Notes under the pieces: generated by a model
What the model was told of the DNA's origin: nothing
Database searches by the model: none
Seen by the model: the letters and a program-made list of their open reading frames with translations, nothing else
Position numbers and translations under genes: made by a program
Part shown: positions 24,301 through 38,331 of the stretch, in pieces
Position numbering within the stretch: the stretch's first letter is position 1
Layout: each line of letters begins with the position of its first letter
Assembly (NCBI GenBank): GCA_028534125.1
Contig: CM052816.1
Coordinates: 5,892,001-5,956,000, forward strand
DNA: 64,000 bases
Reading direction: 5' to 3'
From: Lama glama
Taxonomy: Eukaryota

Positions 24301-25739
24301 TCCTCAAGAAATTCAGGACTAGAGAGCATCTCTTTTTTTCCTACTATTTGGAAACTTACCCCTACAATCCCCATACTTCTATCTCCAACCAGGAGGAGAT
24401 GGCTTACCCTATAGACCACCTGTGACCAACCCTCTTTGGCACTCAAGGCTCTCAGTACCCTGCCTACTTTACCTAGACAACTTCACCACCTGGCACAGAC
24501 CTTTTAGTCGAGTTAAGAGCCTTCCTCATGTTCCCCATGGCTCTGCGTGCCTTTACCCATGCTATTTCTCAGGCATAGCACCTCTTCTTTCCTGACTTTC
24601 ACTTACTGTCTCCAAGTCCCACTGTCTCCAGACCTTTCACCGTCTATGATCTTGGCCCTTCCCACCCACCCAGGATCTATCCACACTGCAGATGCAGTCA
24701 CTTTAGTTTCCTGAATTGATGGCAAACTCACAGGCAGCCTTGCACCCCTCTGAAATAATTTCATGAGTATTGTCTATTTGCAAGATTATGGTCTTTCAGA
24801 TTAAATACTGTGACCTACACTTCTTTCATACTTTCGAAAGTGCCTAGCCTAGTAGACGCTTAGTAAATTTTTCTGGACAAAATAATTTATTTGAGTTGAT
24901 AAAAAGTGTAAAGCTAAAATTAGCCATAGATTTCAAGTATGCTGAAAAGGAGGGAAATTATATAAAATCAGTGGCCCCACTCTGGTGAACCTTGATTAAA
25001 CCTATGCTGTTTAATACCACCTAGCATGGTTTGATTTTCATTTAATTTTGTTAAAGTATCATAGGACAGATTCAGTGGGCCGCATCTTAATCTCAGGAGT
25101 GCAATAAATATCTACTGAATGAAGGGAAAGAGGGAGGAATTCCTGAGGAGGAAGTATAATTTCACATGCAGTTAAGGAAGGCTGATATATACAATACATG
25201 ATCAGAATCACTTCTTTTTGATCCCGCCCTTGGATCCCAGCTCTTCCTCAGCTCTGCAGCGTGGCATTCAAGGCTCTCCATATTCTAAGCATAAATGATT
25301 TTCCAGCCTCATCCATCAAGTTTCCTCCATTTGCTCCTGTGTTTCTGCAAATGGACTGTTTGGTGTTTTCAAAATATAGTTTCAGTTCCCTGCTATTATC
25401 TCTCCTTACTTTTCCCCCTTTCCTCTAAGATGTACTAAACCCGTAACTTAAGCTCCAGCGACCTCCTATCTGAAACAATTTGAATCAGAGGAAAGGGATC
25501 AGACCAAGCAGGTTGTGGTCTCCCTGTCTTGACTCCTCTCTCGCTCAAGTAGTATGATTTTACCTCTTTGACAAGGCTTTGTATGTTTCGGCTCATGTAT
25601 ATTGATTGTGATTGGTTATTTACAAGCCATTCTCAAAAGCTTCTCCTGGACTGTGACCTGAAGGACAGGAGTGATCTTTCATCCATCTCGATATTTCCTG
25701 TGACACTTAGAAATAGCAAAATTTGCTCAGTAATAGCTA

Positions 25740-25980
25740 ATAACAATGCTAACATTGTAAGAGTACTTCTGGGTGCTAGGCATCACGTACTATCTCAGTG
25801 AATACTCGCGGTGACCCTCTGAAGCAAGAACTCTTAGCGTTGTTTTTCTTTTTTTTTTTTTTGGGTATGTAAACTAAGACTTAGAGACTTTAAGTAGCTT
25901 GTCTGAAATCATACACCTGTGAGATGGAGGAATCGGAATACAAACCCTGGAAGTCTGACTACAGAGCCTGAGTTCTTGGA
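25740..25980 (-). mobile_element. MIR SINE
   Basis: gtgctaggcatc...aaactaagacttagagactttaagtagcttgtctgaaatcataca...gtctgactacagagcctg. Confidence 0.75.
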
Positions 25981-27669
25981 AAAAAATTGGCAACAACTGC
26001 CATCAACCCCCCGCCACGGGCAGCCATCCTAGAGAGAAGAACAGACTCTCAAAAACAGTCAAAAATAGAAAAAGGCGGGGGGTGTGCAGGATCCATGGCA
26101 CAGACCTCCAGAGGTCCTGACTCTTGAAAGTCTCAGTAACCAATTCGTATTCAGGTAGTCCCCAAACGTGCTAAGTGCTGAAATATACAAAGGGAAAGAG
26201 GGAAAGCAAGTTCTAAGGACCAAATTTCTATTGACCAAAGCGCCCCTTCAAAACAGCTCAAGGCTCTGCTGAGCTGAATTTTTCAAAACTGTCACTTTCC
26301 CGCAGCGTGAACTCTTCAAAGGACCTGAAAGAAGTGTTCCTGCTGGTGTCGGCTCACTCTGTCTGCTCCCTTCCGAGCAGACAGCCAAGTGTGCAGAATG
26401 CCTGGGGAGGCCAAGGAGCCAGGCGGGCTCAGAATGTTTCCTCTGTCAGGTGAGGAGAGACCTGTCTCTCCCTCGAGCCTGGTCCACTGGCCTGAATGAC
26501 AGCTGAGCAGCAGCCGGACTGGCTTCCCCCGATAGGACTGGGTTTGGAAGCCATGTGTGTTTTATCCTTAAAGGTCTTGTTAAACTGGCGAAGAAGACCC
26601 ACGCAGAATGGAGGATGAAGTGGTAGTGACCTGTTCTGGCCTCTGAGGTCGTCATAGCAAATGTCACTTGAGAAGGGAGAGCAAGGACACAAGAGAAGTG
26701 ATTAACCATAAGCTGAGTTTTGAGGGTCTCTCCGTGTCCTGCCCTCCCTTCCCCATAGCTCTCCCAGTGTCAAAACAGGGACTCCCAGGGTCATGAATAG
26801 GGATCCCTGGATTTGGAATCAGAAACTCTAGGTTTTAGACCCCTGTCTCCCATTTGCAACTCGTATAACCTGCTGCTAATCACAGGTCTCTATTTCCCTG
26901 TCTGCAAAATAGAGCTGTAGGTGATGTCTGTTGTAGCCGCCTCTTTCACAGGGGCTGCTGTGGGGATCATTCAGCCAACACGTGAATGGGTTTTGTCATC
27001 TGGAGACCACAATAGGATATACAAAGGATTGTCGTTTGTTGGATTTTTGTAGCATACATGTGGACACAAAAATAAATATGAAACAAAAATAAAAGGGCTG
27101 TAGGATACACTTCTAAAAGGAAAATATATTTTTAAATGCTTTTCGTTTTACAATTCTGGGACATGTTCAGATAGAACAGATGCAAACTTGTCATACTCTG
27201 TGTGCTTAAAAGATTCTCCCCTCTCCCCTTTCTCTCTCTAAATCATTCCCAGCCTCTTCTGGGATGCTGTGACGGATTCATCAAAATTGATCACTCAGGC
27301 CACTGAGATCTGTTGCTTTCACACTGTGAAAATGACACAGCTCAATACTTTGTAAAGTGTTGACCTGGTTTCTTATTTTTCTGTATATGTTTATTTGCTT
27401 TATATACTTACAGGTCCTTGAGGGAGGCCTTATGCATCTATGACTTCTTATAGACCATGGCACGAGATATTTAGAAATGGCTCAGTACATCTTTAACATT
27501 AGTAAGTCAGCCAAACAAGTATTTAGTGTTCAAGTCCTATGTGTCTAGCACTTTGTTAGGAAATAAGGAGCTTAAGCAGTATAAGAAATAGAATAGGATT
27601 ATATTATCTAAACCATATCTTACGTTTAAATAGAGGTTTACAATTAAAAAAGCATTTTTCAATTTGAGC

Positions 27670-28192
27670 TACAAAATCATTTAAGTAGTATTGGATTATA
27701 CCCAAAGTATAAAATAAATATCCACAGATCCATATCAATATGAATAAATTGATTAAATAAGTGAATGGGGAAGAACTGACAGTCTCCCAGGCAGAATTCC
27801 AAATAATTTATGTGACTTCTTTGCCTTTAAAGAGATGGGTCCTAATGCTCTACTCTTTAATGTAGGCTGGGCATAGTGACTTCTTTCCAAAGAGTTAGCC
27901 CAATATTTAGGGTTAGTTAACAATATACCATTACTGGTTCATAATTTTGACAGATTCATCATGCTAATGTAAAATTTTAACTACAGAGAAGAAAACTGGC
28001 TGTGGGTACATGGGAACTCTTTGAACTACAGTCGGCCCTCTGTGTCTGCAAATGCGGATCCCTCAGATTTGAAGGGCCGAGTGCACTATGCCGTTTTATA
28101 TAAGGGAGTTGAGCACCTATGGATTTTGATATCTGGTTCTTTGAGACCTTTCTATAAATAAAAAACTGCAATAAAAAGTTTATTAAAAAAAA
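27670..28192 (+). mobile_element. Old L1 3' UTR (L1MC-like) interrupted by a MER2-like insert
   Basis: cagaattccaaataatttatg...gggcatagtgacttctttccaaagag...gggtacatgggaactct...aataaaaagtttattaaaaaaa. Confidence 0.65.
28029..28137. mobile_element. MER2-like TcMar-Tigger MITE fragment
   Basis: TA|cagtcggccctctgtgtctg...ttttatataagggagttgagcacctatggattttgatatc; matches the copy at 51930-52027. Confidence 0.7.
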
Positions 28193-28224
28193 GCAGTTTC
28201 ACAAATGTGAGCTTGTCTAATGCC

Positions 28225-30325
28225 TGTCATCTTGAATATACATGGTTGTCTTTGCTATCTCCCCCAAACCCACAAAAATCACAGCAAAGTGATAAAGTAG
28301 GTACAAACCCAATAGAACAAAGACATGCTGAGAAAAGGCAAGATCAGGCAAAAAAGTAAAATATTTGGAGGATGGAAAGTGGATGAATGAAGGGTAGCTG
28401 ACTTAGCAAAGTGAAGAAAGCTAAAGCTGAACTATCTGTAGAGGAAGTGGGTGGAGTCAATAAAAGAAGCCAATAACAGCACAGACTATGAGAAAAGGAG
28501 TGGGAATGTGAAGCACTAGGACTGAAATACACAGGAAATGGGGTGAAAACTGGTAAGAAGCTCCAGGACCCCTCTCCTAGCTCATGCAATGAGGTGACTG
28601 CCTCCTTTTCAGCCAGGCTGACAATCAGCATGAATTGGAGGGACTCTAGACTGGGAACACCAGGTATGGTGGAGGGTGAGGGTGAGGTCCAGCCACTGGC
28701 CATCTTCCTCCTCTCAGGCAGACCGTCCTATTGCCGTTTTGGCATTTATAAGAACAGATTGCTAAGGGTCTCTAAATATGGGGGGTGGGGTTAGAAATTA
28801 AAATTAACGGACAGGAAAAAACAAATCGCTGGAAACAAAGTACAGTTCAGGGGCCAAAAGAACGCTTCAAAAACCTGTCCTCTTATTTGGGAGAAAAGAG
28901 GCATGAATACGATGCTATAACAAAGGAATAATAAAAAACAAGGACGTTAATAAAATAGATAAATGCATTAGTTAACAAAAATGCTGAAATACAGAGTTGA
29001 AGACATCACCCAGTAAATAGCTAAAAGTCTCATAAACAGAATCTTAAAAGTCCAACCTAAAACTACTAGGAAATGGAAGTGAAAGAGAAGAGGAGGGAAG
29101 GGTACTATCAAGTAAATTATATCAGAAAATCTCAAAGTGGAGGATCTGCATTTTAAACTGAAAATGTTCACCGAGTGCCTCGCATCGTGAATGATCCGTG
29201 AGTGAAATATGCTCCAGACCATAGCCCATCCAATCTATTAATGATTCCAGGGACACAGAAAAGATCATAACAGCTTCTGCAAGGAGACAAGGGAGCAAAT
29301 CATATAAAAAGGAGGAGCACTCAGAATGGCATTGGGTTTTGGTCAGTTCCAGTGGATGGAAGACGATTTTACAATGTGGTTCCTAAGAGAAAGAGAAGAT
29401 AATGGGACGAATGCCTGCAAATTTTGAATGAAAATTATTTCCAAGCTTTCATTTCATCCCCAATCAGTGGAGTTTGAGGTGGAATAAAAACCATCTCAGA
29501 TATGCAAGACGTACAAATTTATCTCCCATGTACTTTTTCTTAGGAAGGTACCGGAGGATACAGTCCACCAAAATGGGAGAGTAAATGGAGAACTGAGGAA
29601 GAATGAGATAGAAGAGGACTAATATTAGGGGAATGGGAGGGTCAGTCCCCAGAAGACAGCTCTCCTTGCTGGCCCACCAGGTCCAGGCCAGGCTGGAGCA
29701 GAAAGGACCAGGGAGGGGGTGGTGTTGGGGGTGTCCAAGGAGGAGGTCTCTAGGAGAGAACAGTGCAACTGAGAGACCTCCTTCTATGTGTGATTGTAAC
29801 TGAGAGACGTGCTGTGGTTTGCTCTGCAAATTTAGGTCTGAATCAGTGATAAAATACAGAGAACGAGAACAGCAAAGCAAACAAGCAAAGTGGCATAAAC
29901 AAACAAAGCAGGAAGACAGGAAGTTTCAGAGTTCACTCTTTGGCTCTGCTGTGAAGGTATTTACCTAGTCATAATACTGTAAACGCTGGATATCGATTTA
30001 ACAAAAATATAACATTGGGAAAAAGGGAGCTATGTGAGTGAGGTGGTGGTGAAAGGGTTAAGGATGTGTGAGCTCAATCCTCATCTGTCACAGTAAGAAT
30101 CCAATAAATAATATCTAAAACTAGAAAGTCAGAAAAAGGCAGTATGAGGGATTTGAAGGTAAAATATCAGAAGAAATAGCAAAAAAAAAAAGTTTTAAAG
30201 TGATTCCTGAGAGCTGGAATGTGGGATAGAAAAGAATGAGGGAAGGCAGTGCTGAATTTTATTTTATTACTTAGAATACCATGTGGTTTTATGCATTATT
30301 TGAGGGGGAAAAAATCTTTAAAAAT
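28225..30325 (+). mobile_element. Near full-length HAL1-like (ORF1-only, half-L1) element, highly decayed
   Basis: 5' ccccaaacccacaaaaatcacagcaaag; ORF1-end-like tcagatatgcaag...atctcccatgtactttttctaggaaggtaccggaggatacagtccaccaaaatg; A-rich 3' end near 30310; no ORF2-like sequence seen in between. Confidence 0.6.
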
Positions 30326-32324
30326 ATTCATGTCCTCCGTCCAGTGCCTGGAAGAATGAGTAATCATCTTTCTCCATTTTACAGAAGAGGAAACTGAGGA
30401 TGTCAGAGGTACAGTGACATGTTCAGAATCACAAAGAGAGGCAGTGGTGCAGCCAGGACTAGACTCGGTCTCCTGACTCGCAGACCGGTGCTCTGTCCAT
30501 TTAGACGGAGAAGCGGGGAGCAGTAGACTTAATTTATCCTGTCAGCCCCGTGGGCAGGGATTCTGTAGAATCTAGAGTCTAGAGTCATCTGCTAGTTTCA
30601 GGGAAAAGCTTTGACCTCTATCACCTTCTGTGAGTCCTGGAAAACAACAGGCTTGGACAGTTCATGGGGGACAGCCTCTTGCTACGAAGGAACCAAATCC
30701 TAAAATCATCTTCCATCAGCCCTTTGTGTCTTAACTGCCGCACTGCTCTCTAGTCCCTTCCTGGTGTCGCATGCTTCAATAAACATAACTACTTTTACTC
30801 TGGGTAAGAAAAACTACAGTGGGACAAAAGAATGAAACCGTAGATGTTTTTGCATTTTTAAACTAGTCGTTTGCTTTCCTTTCCGTCACAGTACAGGGGA
30901 TAGCCCATTTCTTTTCCTGCCTGGTGCAGTTGAAGCGTGTTTCCCTCAGATATCTTCTGTCTTGTGAGATGCATTCTGGTTTGGGCTTTTGCTTTCATGT
31001 TGCCATCACAAAAGATTGTTCTACTTTCTTAGTTTGTACTTAAGAATCTGCCCTACTTTCTGCCCGGTGTGGGATTCTTACAGCAGGTCTGTGCCTTCAT
31101 GCAGCCCCAGGTTCTTGAGATGCTTTCCTTCCTTCCTCATACGACAGTATGCGTCTCAAACTCATCCAACTCCCTCCTCGATCATCGTTTCTTCCTTTTT
31201 TTCTTTCATTCCAGTGCAATTCTATTGAATAACTTTATGTGATTGTAAGTCTGTCGGTGTGTGCGTGGTAGACGCTAGACAGGGATCTAGGAATTCCGTG
31301 GTGCACAAAACAGATACTGCCTCTATCCCGTGAGCTCTCAGTTGAGTGGAAAAAGCAAAGGCAGGAATGAATAATTACTGCATTTGTGTGACAGAGAGTT
31401 GTGCAGGGAATCTGGGTACCATGAAAACCTGTGAATAAGAATCCAACCTAATTGAGATGGCGGCTGTTGGTCAAGGCTGTTGTGTGAGACTCAATGGGAC
31501 ACCTCAGATGCCTGCCACAGAGTTGAGTGACACATTAATGCCTAAAAAACATTGACCATTTCCCTGATTAATATCCTTGGAATGGTACTGAAGTTAAAAG
31601 TGATCTACAAATTAACCTTATTATTAACCTTACTACCCTAAGGAAGTTCAATAAAAAGTCAAGAAAAATTCCTGATATAAAATGAGGGTGAAACTTGACT
31701 GGGGGAAAAGGATGGGAAGGATTCTTCCTAGACCTGGAAGATCAAGCTGACTTCTCTCCTTACTCCTTTGCCATCTTCAAATTCGTTCTGAAAAGCAATT
31801 TCAGATTTCAAATTTCTGCTTAGTGGCTCCTGAAGAACTAGGCTTGGGTCAGGATGTAACTAAATCTTTCGACACTGGGGACAACAACCAGAAAACAGCA
31901 ACCCACATTTGTAGGGCTTGCAATTAACACAGTACCCCATCCAAGGTACACCACTTAGACCTTTTCACACTCTCAGAGATAGGCTTCTCAGCTTTGAAAG
32001 GGTAAGAAAAAAAAAAAAAGATAGGGTGTGCTCACAAGTACTGTACACACCCTAAATGAGAACAAATGTTTATAGAGACAGGAAGCTGAAAATAAAGTTT
32101 TGAAACTAGCAAATACAGGTTTACTGCTTCCACTGTAATTTGGCATAGAGAACAGATTTCAAGAGGTGGAATGAGGATTCCCTTATTTGGCAAAAGTAAT
32201 GTTTTCTAGAAAATATGGGTGCAAAGTGAATTTCTTTAAAATTAGTACCCTTTTTACAGTTTTTCACTGGAAAGCTAGGAAAGCAGCCTAGTAGGGAAGG
32301 GGTCTCCAAAGTACCGAGGAAGAG

Positions 32325-32392
32325 ATGCGCGCACACACACACACACACACACAAAACACATACACACTCAACGCATACACACACACTCACAT
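32325..32392. repeat. (CA)n microsatellite, imperfect
   Basis: gcgcgcacacacac...acacacactcac. Confidence 0.95.
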
Positions 32393-34899
32393 GACTCAGT
32401 AGCTGGTCGAGGCAGGTTATTTTAGGGGCTCATCAGTGACATTTTCAGGACTTTGGACGTCTTTCTCAATCTTGAATTTTCTACTTCATCCAACCTTGGA
32501 AACCTCTCTAGAACCTCAGTATTTCACCCTTACCTGAAAAGCTGTGGTTTCCATACTTGGATCCTTCCTTTATGATTTGTGGACTTGGTATAATAAAGCT
32601 TGGCCATAACACAACACTTTCTTGGAGGCTTTTACTGTCACCTCCTACTGTGATTTTCTCAAACTTATGTAATTTATGGGCCCATTTGGAGGGAACTGTT
32701 CTTCTGAACTCACAATGTTGGCAAATTATTTTTATCTTAAGGATACTTAAAGATGTATAAACATTCAAACAGAGGTCAACTCTCTGCTTCTAGCTTAGAA
32801 TGATAAAAACGAAGAAAATTTATAAATGGGATGTGAATGCAGTGGTTTGAGCAACGGGTTTTGGATTACCAGCATATATTTAATGTGACCGACTGTGGCA
32901 TTTGCTGACTCCAGAACACTCTTTGTGACGCCAATACGGTGCTGTGTTATTGTGTAAGTTTTATGAGTTCAGCATGCCTAAAGCGCTGTGTGCTGGGTGA
33001 AGATTCGGTTCTCTCACCAGTGGTTTTCCTCTTTTTCCATGTAGTACATCGTCATGTCGCCTTCCCCCTGCTTTATCTTATGGGTGCACCACTTCTGTGC
33101 CGATGGGATACTAAGTGCAGATACCAGCAGCGACTTAACCTGTGACAATACTCAGTTAGGAAGTGATCATACTAAGATACCCTCCTTGTTTTTAATGATA
33201 GTCAAAATAAAGACACCAGGTTAAACAAACAAACAAACATACATACATCAGAGGACTCAGATCCCTGAGAAAAAGGAGCTGGGGGGCCGACATCAGCCTG
33301 AGAAGCTACTAATATGCTCCTTCATAATTATATTTATGTCCAAAGCTATAGATTTTGCAGAACAAATGTGGGAACTATTTTATCTACTTTTTAAAGTCAA
33401 AATTCTTCAAAAGTACCCTTAATTAAAATGAAAGGGATCCATCAGGGGCTTTGAAAAGTACAAATTAATGCATATTTCAAGAGGTGTACGAACTCCTTTG
33501 GGCACTTCCACTAGAGTGATTCAGAACTGAGGCACCACACAGAATGCATGTTTTTCTTTCTTTTCTTCCTGGAGAGATTATCTATAATGTTTTAAATTTC
33601 TGTACCATCTTTTCCCCCAAGCAGTACAGAGCACTTCATAAACTTCATACTAATGATGTTAACATACCCATGAGACTAAATAGATGGTGTGTGACATGGT
33701 CCCCGGCTTACAAATAAATGAACAAGCTCAAAGAGAGGGATAGAATTTCACTTCCTGGGCACTTTGATTAACTTCTCTTCTCTTCCCCACTCGCAGCACT
33801 ATAAAAATCCACACTCTCCTCTTTCACTTTTTTATCCCTTTCCTGTTCATTCACCCAAGGAATCTGCATAAAAAGCAGTCTTTTATGCATTGTACTCGGT
33901 GGGTGTGATGAGAGTAGTAAGGCCAATACAAGGCACGACCTTGCAAAGCTAATCATTAGAGAGGATGAAAAGGAAAACTTTACTACAAAAGCTGAAAGAT
34001 GATTTAAAAATAAAATAATTTAGTACAAATAAAAATACCCAAAAATCTGTTCTAGGAATTTAGATAAGAGGCCCATCCTAGAAGGCTGGTGGTAGAGGGG
34101 CGGTTGGGTCAGAGATGGTGGAGATTCACCAGATGTACCAGATAGGAGACAGACATTGATCTGGTGACTAGTGGGTGACACATTTTGGACAGAAGTAGAA
34201 GCAGCTGTTCTAGGCAAGAGAGATTGTGCATAGACTGTCTGGGAGACATTAGATAGGAACGGGCAGCATTGAGTCTAACAGGTTATCATTAAGTCAGTAA
34301 TTCTGTATGCCATGTATTATGCACGAGGCTTTATGTACTTATCTGATTTAGTCTTAACACTTTGATCCAGTTTAAAGGCACACAAATCAGCAAGATTAAA
34401 TCATCTGTCCTGGGTCACAAAGGTAGAAAGTGGAAGAAACAAGATTCATACTGGCTATTTGACTCCAAAGCCCCTGTTTTCAAACATCATGTGATTTCCC
34501 AGTAGTGAGAGATGACAGCTAAAAGGTTGGTTGGTGCTGGGTTATAGACGTTCTGGACGTCGGAGGGTTCAGGCTCTAGGCTGTAGAAACAGCGGGTGAT
34601 TTTTAGACTAGAAGAGTAATAGGAAAAACAGCAGTGCTTTAGAAAGAGGAATTTGGCTGTGGGTGCATAGGCTGAGCCAGAAGACGAGACGCAGAGGGAG
34701 AACAAAGATTGATTCCTTCCAACAGCGAGACATGGAGGTTATCGTGGCTTCTCAGTGCTCCAGCGCAGCCTCTCTGTAGCTCCCCAACCTTGTCTTACAC
34801 CACCCTCCAACTTGGTTCTCGGTCACCATCCAAACCAGCCTACTTTCCCTGTGCTGGTGGGAGCTACACTCCCTTTCACCGAAGAACATTTGTACACAT

Positions 34900-35282
34900 T
34901 GCTCCAATCAGCAGAAATGATTTCTCCTCTTTTTTATTCCTTAACTTATGCTTCTATTCATCCTTCAGATTTTGGTTTAAATGTAACTCCACTTGAGAAG
35001 TCTCGCCTGGCATTTCTGTCTATGTCAAATGCCCTGTCAGAGACCCTCACAGCACCATGTGCCCTCTCCTTTATAATATCCTTCACAGGTAGAATGATCC
35101 ATTTATCCATGTGCTTATTTGCTGAATAGCTGCTAGCCTCTTCTAGAATACATGCTGCTTGAGGGCAGGAGTCATGCCTGCTTTTGCTCATCATTGTGTT
35201 CTCAGAGCCTCCTGCACTGCCTGTCACATGGTGAGCACTCACCCTGTGTTGAACAAGTGTGGGAATGAGTGAATGAATGAAT
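34900..35282 (+). mobile_element. LINE-2 3' end
   Basis: gcttgagggcaggagtcatgcctg...cctgtcacatggtgagcactc...gaatgagtgaatgaatgaat. Confidence 0.75.
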
Positions 35283-36067
35283 CCTGCATCAGGATGACAG
35301 CAGTGCGAATGAATGGGCAGGTATGATGGAAGCATTGACAAGAGGCCCCAGTGACTGATCTGGGGCTGGGGAGTGGGGAAAGAGAGGAAGGGCACGCCGA
35401 GGTTGAGACAGCTGTCGATGATGGCTCTGTGGTGTTCAAGCCTGGCTACTAGAAAAATCAGACAGCCTTCAATTGTAGACTTTGCACTCACTACCATCTT
35501 GGGTAAGTAGCTGCCTGAGATTCTGAAGCAAGAGGCGAAGAATCAGAAGCAGAAATGGGCAAGCAGTGTAGCCCAGAGCGAAACACACCTTTAATCAAAG
35601 AGTTTCTTAAGAGAACAGCAGGCGGGAGAAGTTAAGTCCCCTTGTGGAAGTGTGCCTCAGGGGGATTATCAGATTTCCTGACCAGTTGACCCTCAAGCCA
35701 TCTCAAAAACGCATCTGCAGTTCCCTTTACATTTGAGTGAAGCCTGATTCCTCTTTTGGATCCAAGGAGGTTTCCTAATGTCACTTGCCCCAGGTGGGAA
35801 GCAACTCAGCATGATAGATGAAAACACTGATAATATTTTCCAAGGCCTCGACCAGATGTTAGCTTTGTCAGTCACATGGCCTCACCTGACCACCATGACA
35901 CCCCTGCTTTTCCCAAGAAGCGTTAGGTCTGCCCTCACTAACCCAGGTCCTGTTGTGCATATTAGGCATACCTCCACCATGGTCACATTATTTCTTTCTG
36001 TTCTTCCTCTTTTTGTTTTTCCTCTAGATTATGAGCTCTTTGAGAGTGGGGACCTTATCAACTTCAT

Positions 36068-36230
36068 GTAGCATGGGCTCTGGAGACAGTCTCCCTGGGT
36101 TCAAATCCTGGCTCTTCCATCTACTGTGAGCTTGGACAAGCAGCTTAATCTCTCTCTGCATTTTAGTTTCCTTATCTGACAAATAAGGATTATAGTAGGA
36201 CATACATTCCAAGGTCATTTTGAGGATTCT
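36068..36230 (+). mobile_element. MIR SINE
   Basis: gcatgggctctggagacagtctccctgggttcaaatcctggctcttcc...ttagtttccttatctg. Confidence 0.82.
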
Positions 36231-36239
36231 GGTTCACCC

Positions 36240-37005
36240 AATCATTCATAATCAATTCCAGTCATTAATTCACTGAGTTCCAAATTCCCAGCTCTGTTCT
36301 AGGTACTAGAAATGCAGCTGTAAATAAAATGGATAAAGTCCCTCCTCTTTCAGAGCTTGTATTGCATGGGAGGGAAAAAGAATTACAAATAGACAAACAC
36401 TATAATTTCAGACAGTAAGACACGTGCCAGGATTAGCTTACACTGGCTCACAAGAGCGAACTGTGTGTATTTCTTCCCAGCTTCACATTCAACAACATCA
36501 CATTGCTAATGTGAACAATTGAATGAGCCATAGTGGAGGTATTTACACTAGGAAATTGGCAAATGCAACAAATTAGCAACACCTTATTGCTACCCGACTC
36601 TGTCCAAGTGTTAAGCATTTATCAGCACGTCGCTGAGTAGGAAGGCACTAAGGCTGATTAAGAGACAGTAAGGAGGTAAGAGTGGGGTAACTCGTTGTCA
36701 AGGAATCTCTGAAAAAGTGAAGCTTATGCTCAGTCTTGAAATACGAATATGTAGAAATGATGAAGGGAAGTGTAATCTAGGCTGAGTGGACAGCTGGTTC
36801 AAACTCCTAAAGGGGCAATAGGCTGGTATTTATTCCAGGAACAAGAACAGTAAAAGCCACTGAGGCTGAAGCATAAGGATTGAGGGAAAGAATGATGTGA
36901 GGTGAGGACAGAGCAAGATCACATAGATCCTTGTTGGCAAATCACCTGCATTGATTCCAAGAGCAGTTGGCAGCTGTCGGGGGGTTTTCAGCAGGAGGGA
37001 CTATT
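36240..37005 (-). mobile_element. LINE-2 fragment interrupted by a MER63-like MITE (about 36425-36635)
   Basis: atcattcat...ccagctctgttctaggtactag...; insert ggattagcttacactggctcacaagag...gttaagcatttatcagcac; L2-like sequence resumes afterwards. Confidence 0.6.
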
Positions 37006-38331
37006 CAAAGGACTTAGAATGTACCCAACACCTAGGATATGCTCTATAATTGGCACCCGTGCCTGTTAGTACTCATCTTGGTGTCCCTGGTAGCTCACAC
37101 ATTGCTGGGCACGTAGAAGGTATCCATTGAGTAATAAATGTATGGTCACAAGAGAGCCCCTTGCCCTTTCCAAGCCTCAGTTGCCTCATCAGAAAAATAA
37201 ATTCTTTGCAATAGATGGTCTCCCAGGTTCCTCTGTTCCTAAGCTCTCCCCTTGTATGACCATGGATTGCAGACTGATTTTGCTAACCCACCTGGCAGAG
37301 GTTACCGCAGCTCTTAACAGCCAATATTTTCAAACAAACACGCAACATCACTATAGAGTCATCTCATTCCCGAATGTGACAATCCTGCCCCGTACAATCA
37401 CGTAAAACAGAACAGGCTCCATATTTATGTTCCCATCTTAAGGGGCCAGGGGAAGAAGGAGAGAGAGAGAAATACGCGATTACTAACAAGGCCATAAATA
37501 TTGATGTCTTCCTCAGACCCCCCCTAGATCTCTATCATTTTGGCAACTGGCTGATTAATAATAGATTAAACACTTCATATTTGCTTACTCTGGAATCCAT
37601 GACTTTAAGTGCATCTGCTGTGTGGGAACAGGTTTAGATGGAGATCAACAGATCACGCCGACTTCCAGCATAAAAATACAATGGGAGGGGACACAAATTG
37701 AGCATGACAACCAATATTGCCACTGACTAACACCTCTAATGCTGCGTGCAAGGCTTGGGATGTCTTTCCAGATGTTAATTTGGAACATGAGAACCCAAGT
37801 GAGAGGACCGTGCTAGCACGTACCATATGGTCATGTTCTCAGTAAGTGACAGAAGAGAAAGGAAGGCTCCCCACACCTCATCCAAATACCGGTCGGTGAT
37901 CACAGGAATCTGAGACAACATGGACATAACTGGGAGGAGACTGGGGTACATGTCCATGGCTGCTGAGGTAGACCATCTTGCCCGAAACACGTATCCTTCA
38001 CGATGGAGACAGGTGACAGGACCAAAGGATTCACTGATGCCCCACTAAAATGCTAGAAATGCCCACTTAAATGCTTGTCTTTGTAAACCAGTGGGAGGGC
38101 CACCAGCTCCAAATGACAAGAGGCAGTTTGGCATATTGGAAAAGATGCTGAGGGAATCATGATACCAGGCATCCTGCTCTGACACTGTCGCTGAGTGTCC
38201 GTGTGATCCTGGGCTTATCCCTTCCCTGGTCCTCAGTTTCCCATCTTCCCAGTGAAAGGATGGGTATGAGCAGTGTTCCTCAACGAGAATCACTGGAGGA
38301 GCTTTTTAAAAATCCAGATGCCGGGATTCTT

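Noticed and set aside
34958..35497. 179-aa minus-strand ORF
   Set aside because: Overlaps an antisense L2 3' end; no recognisable protein.
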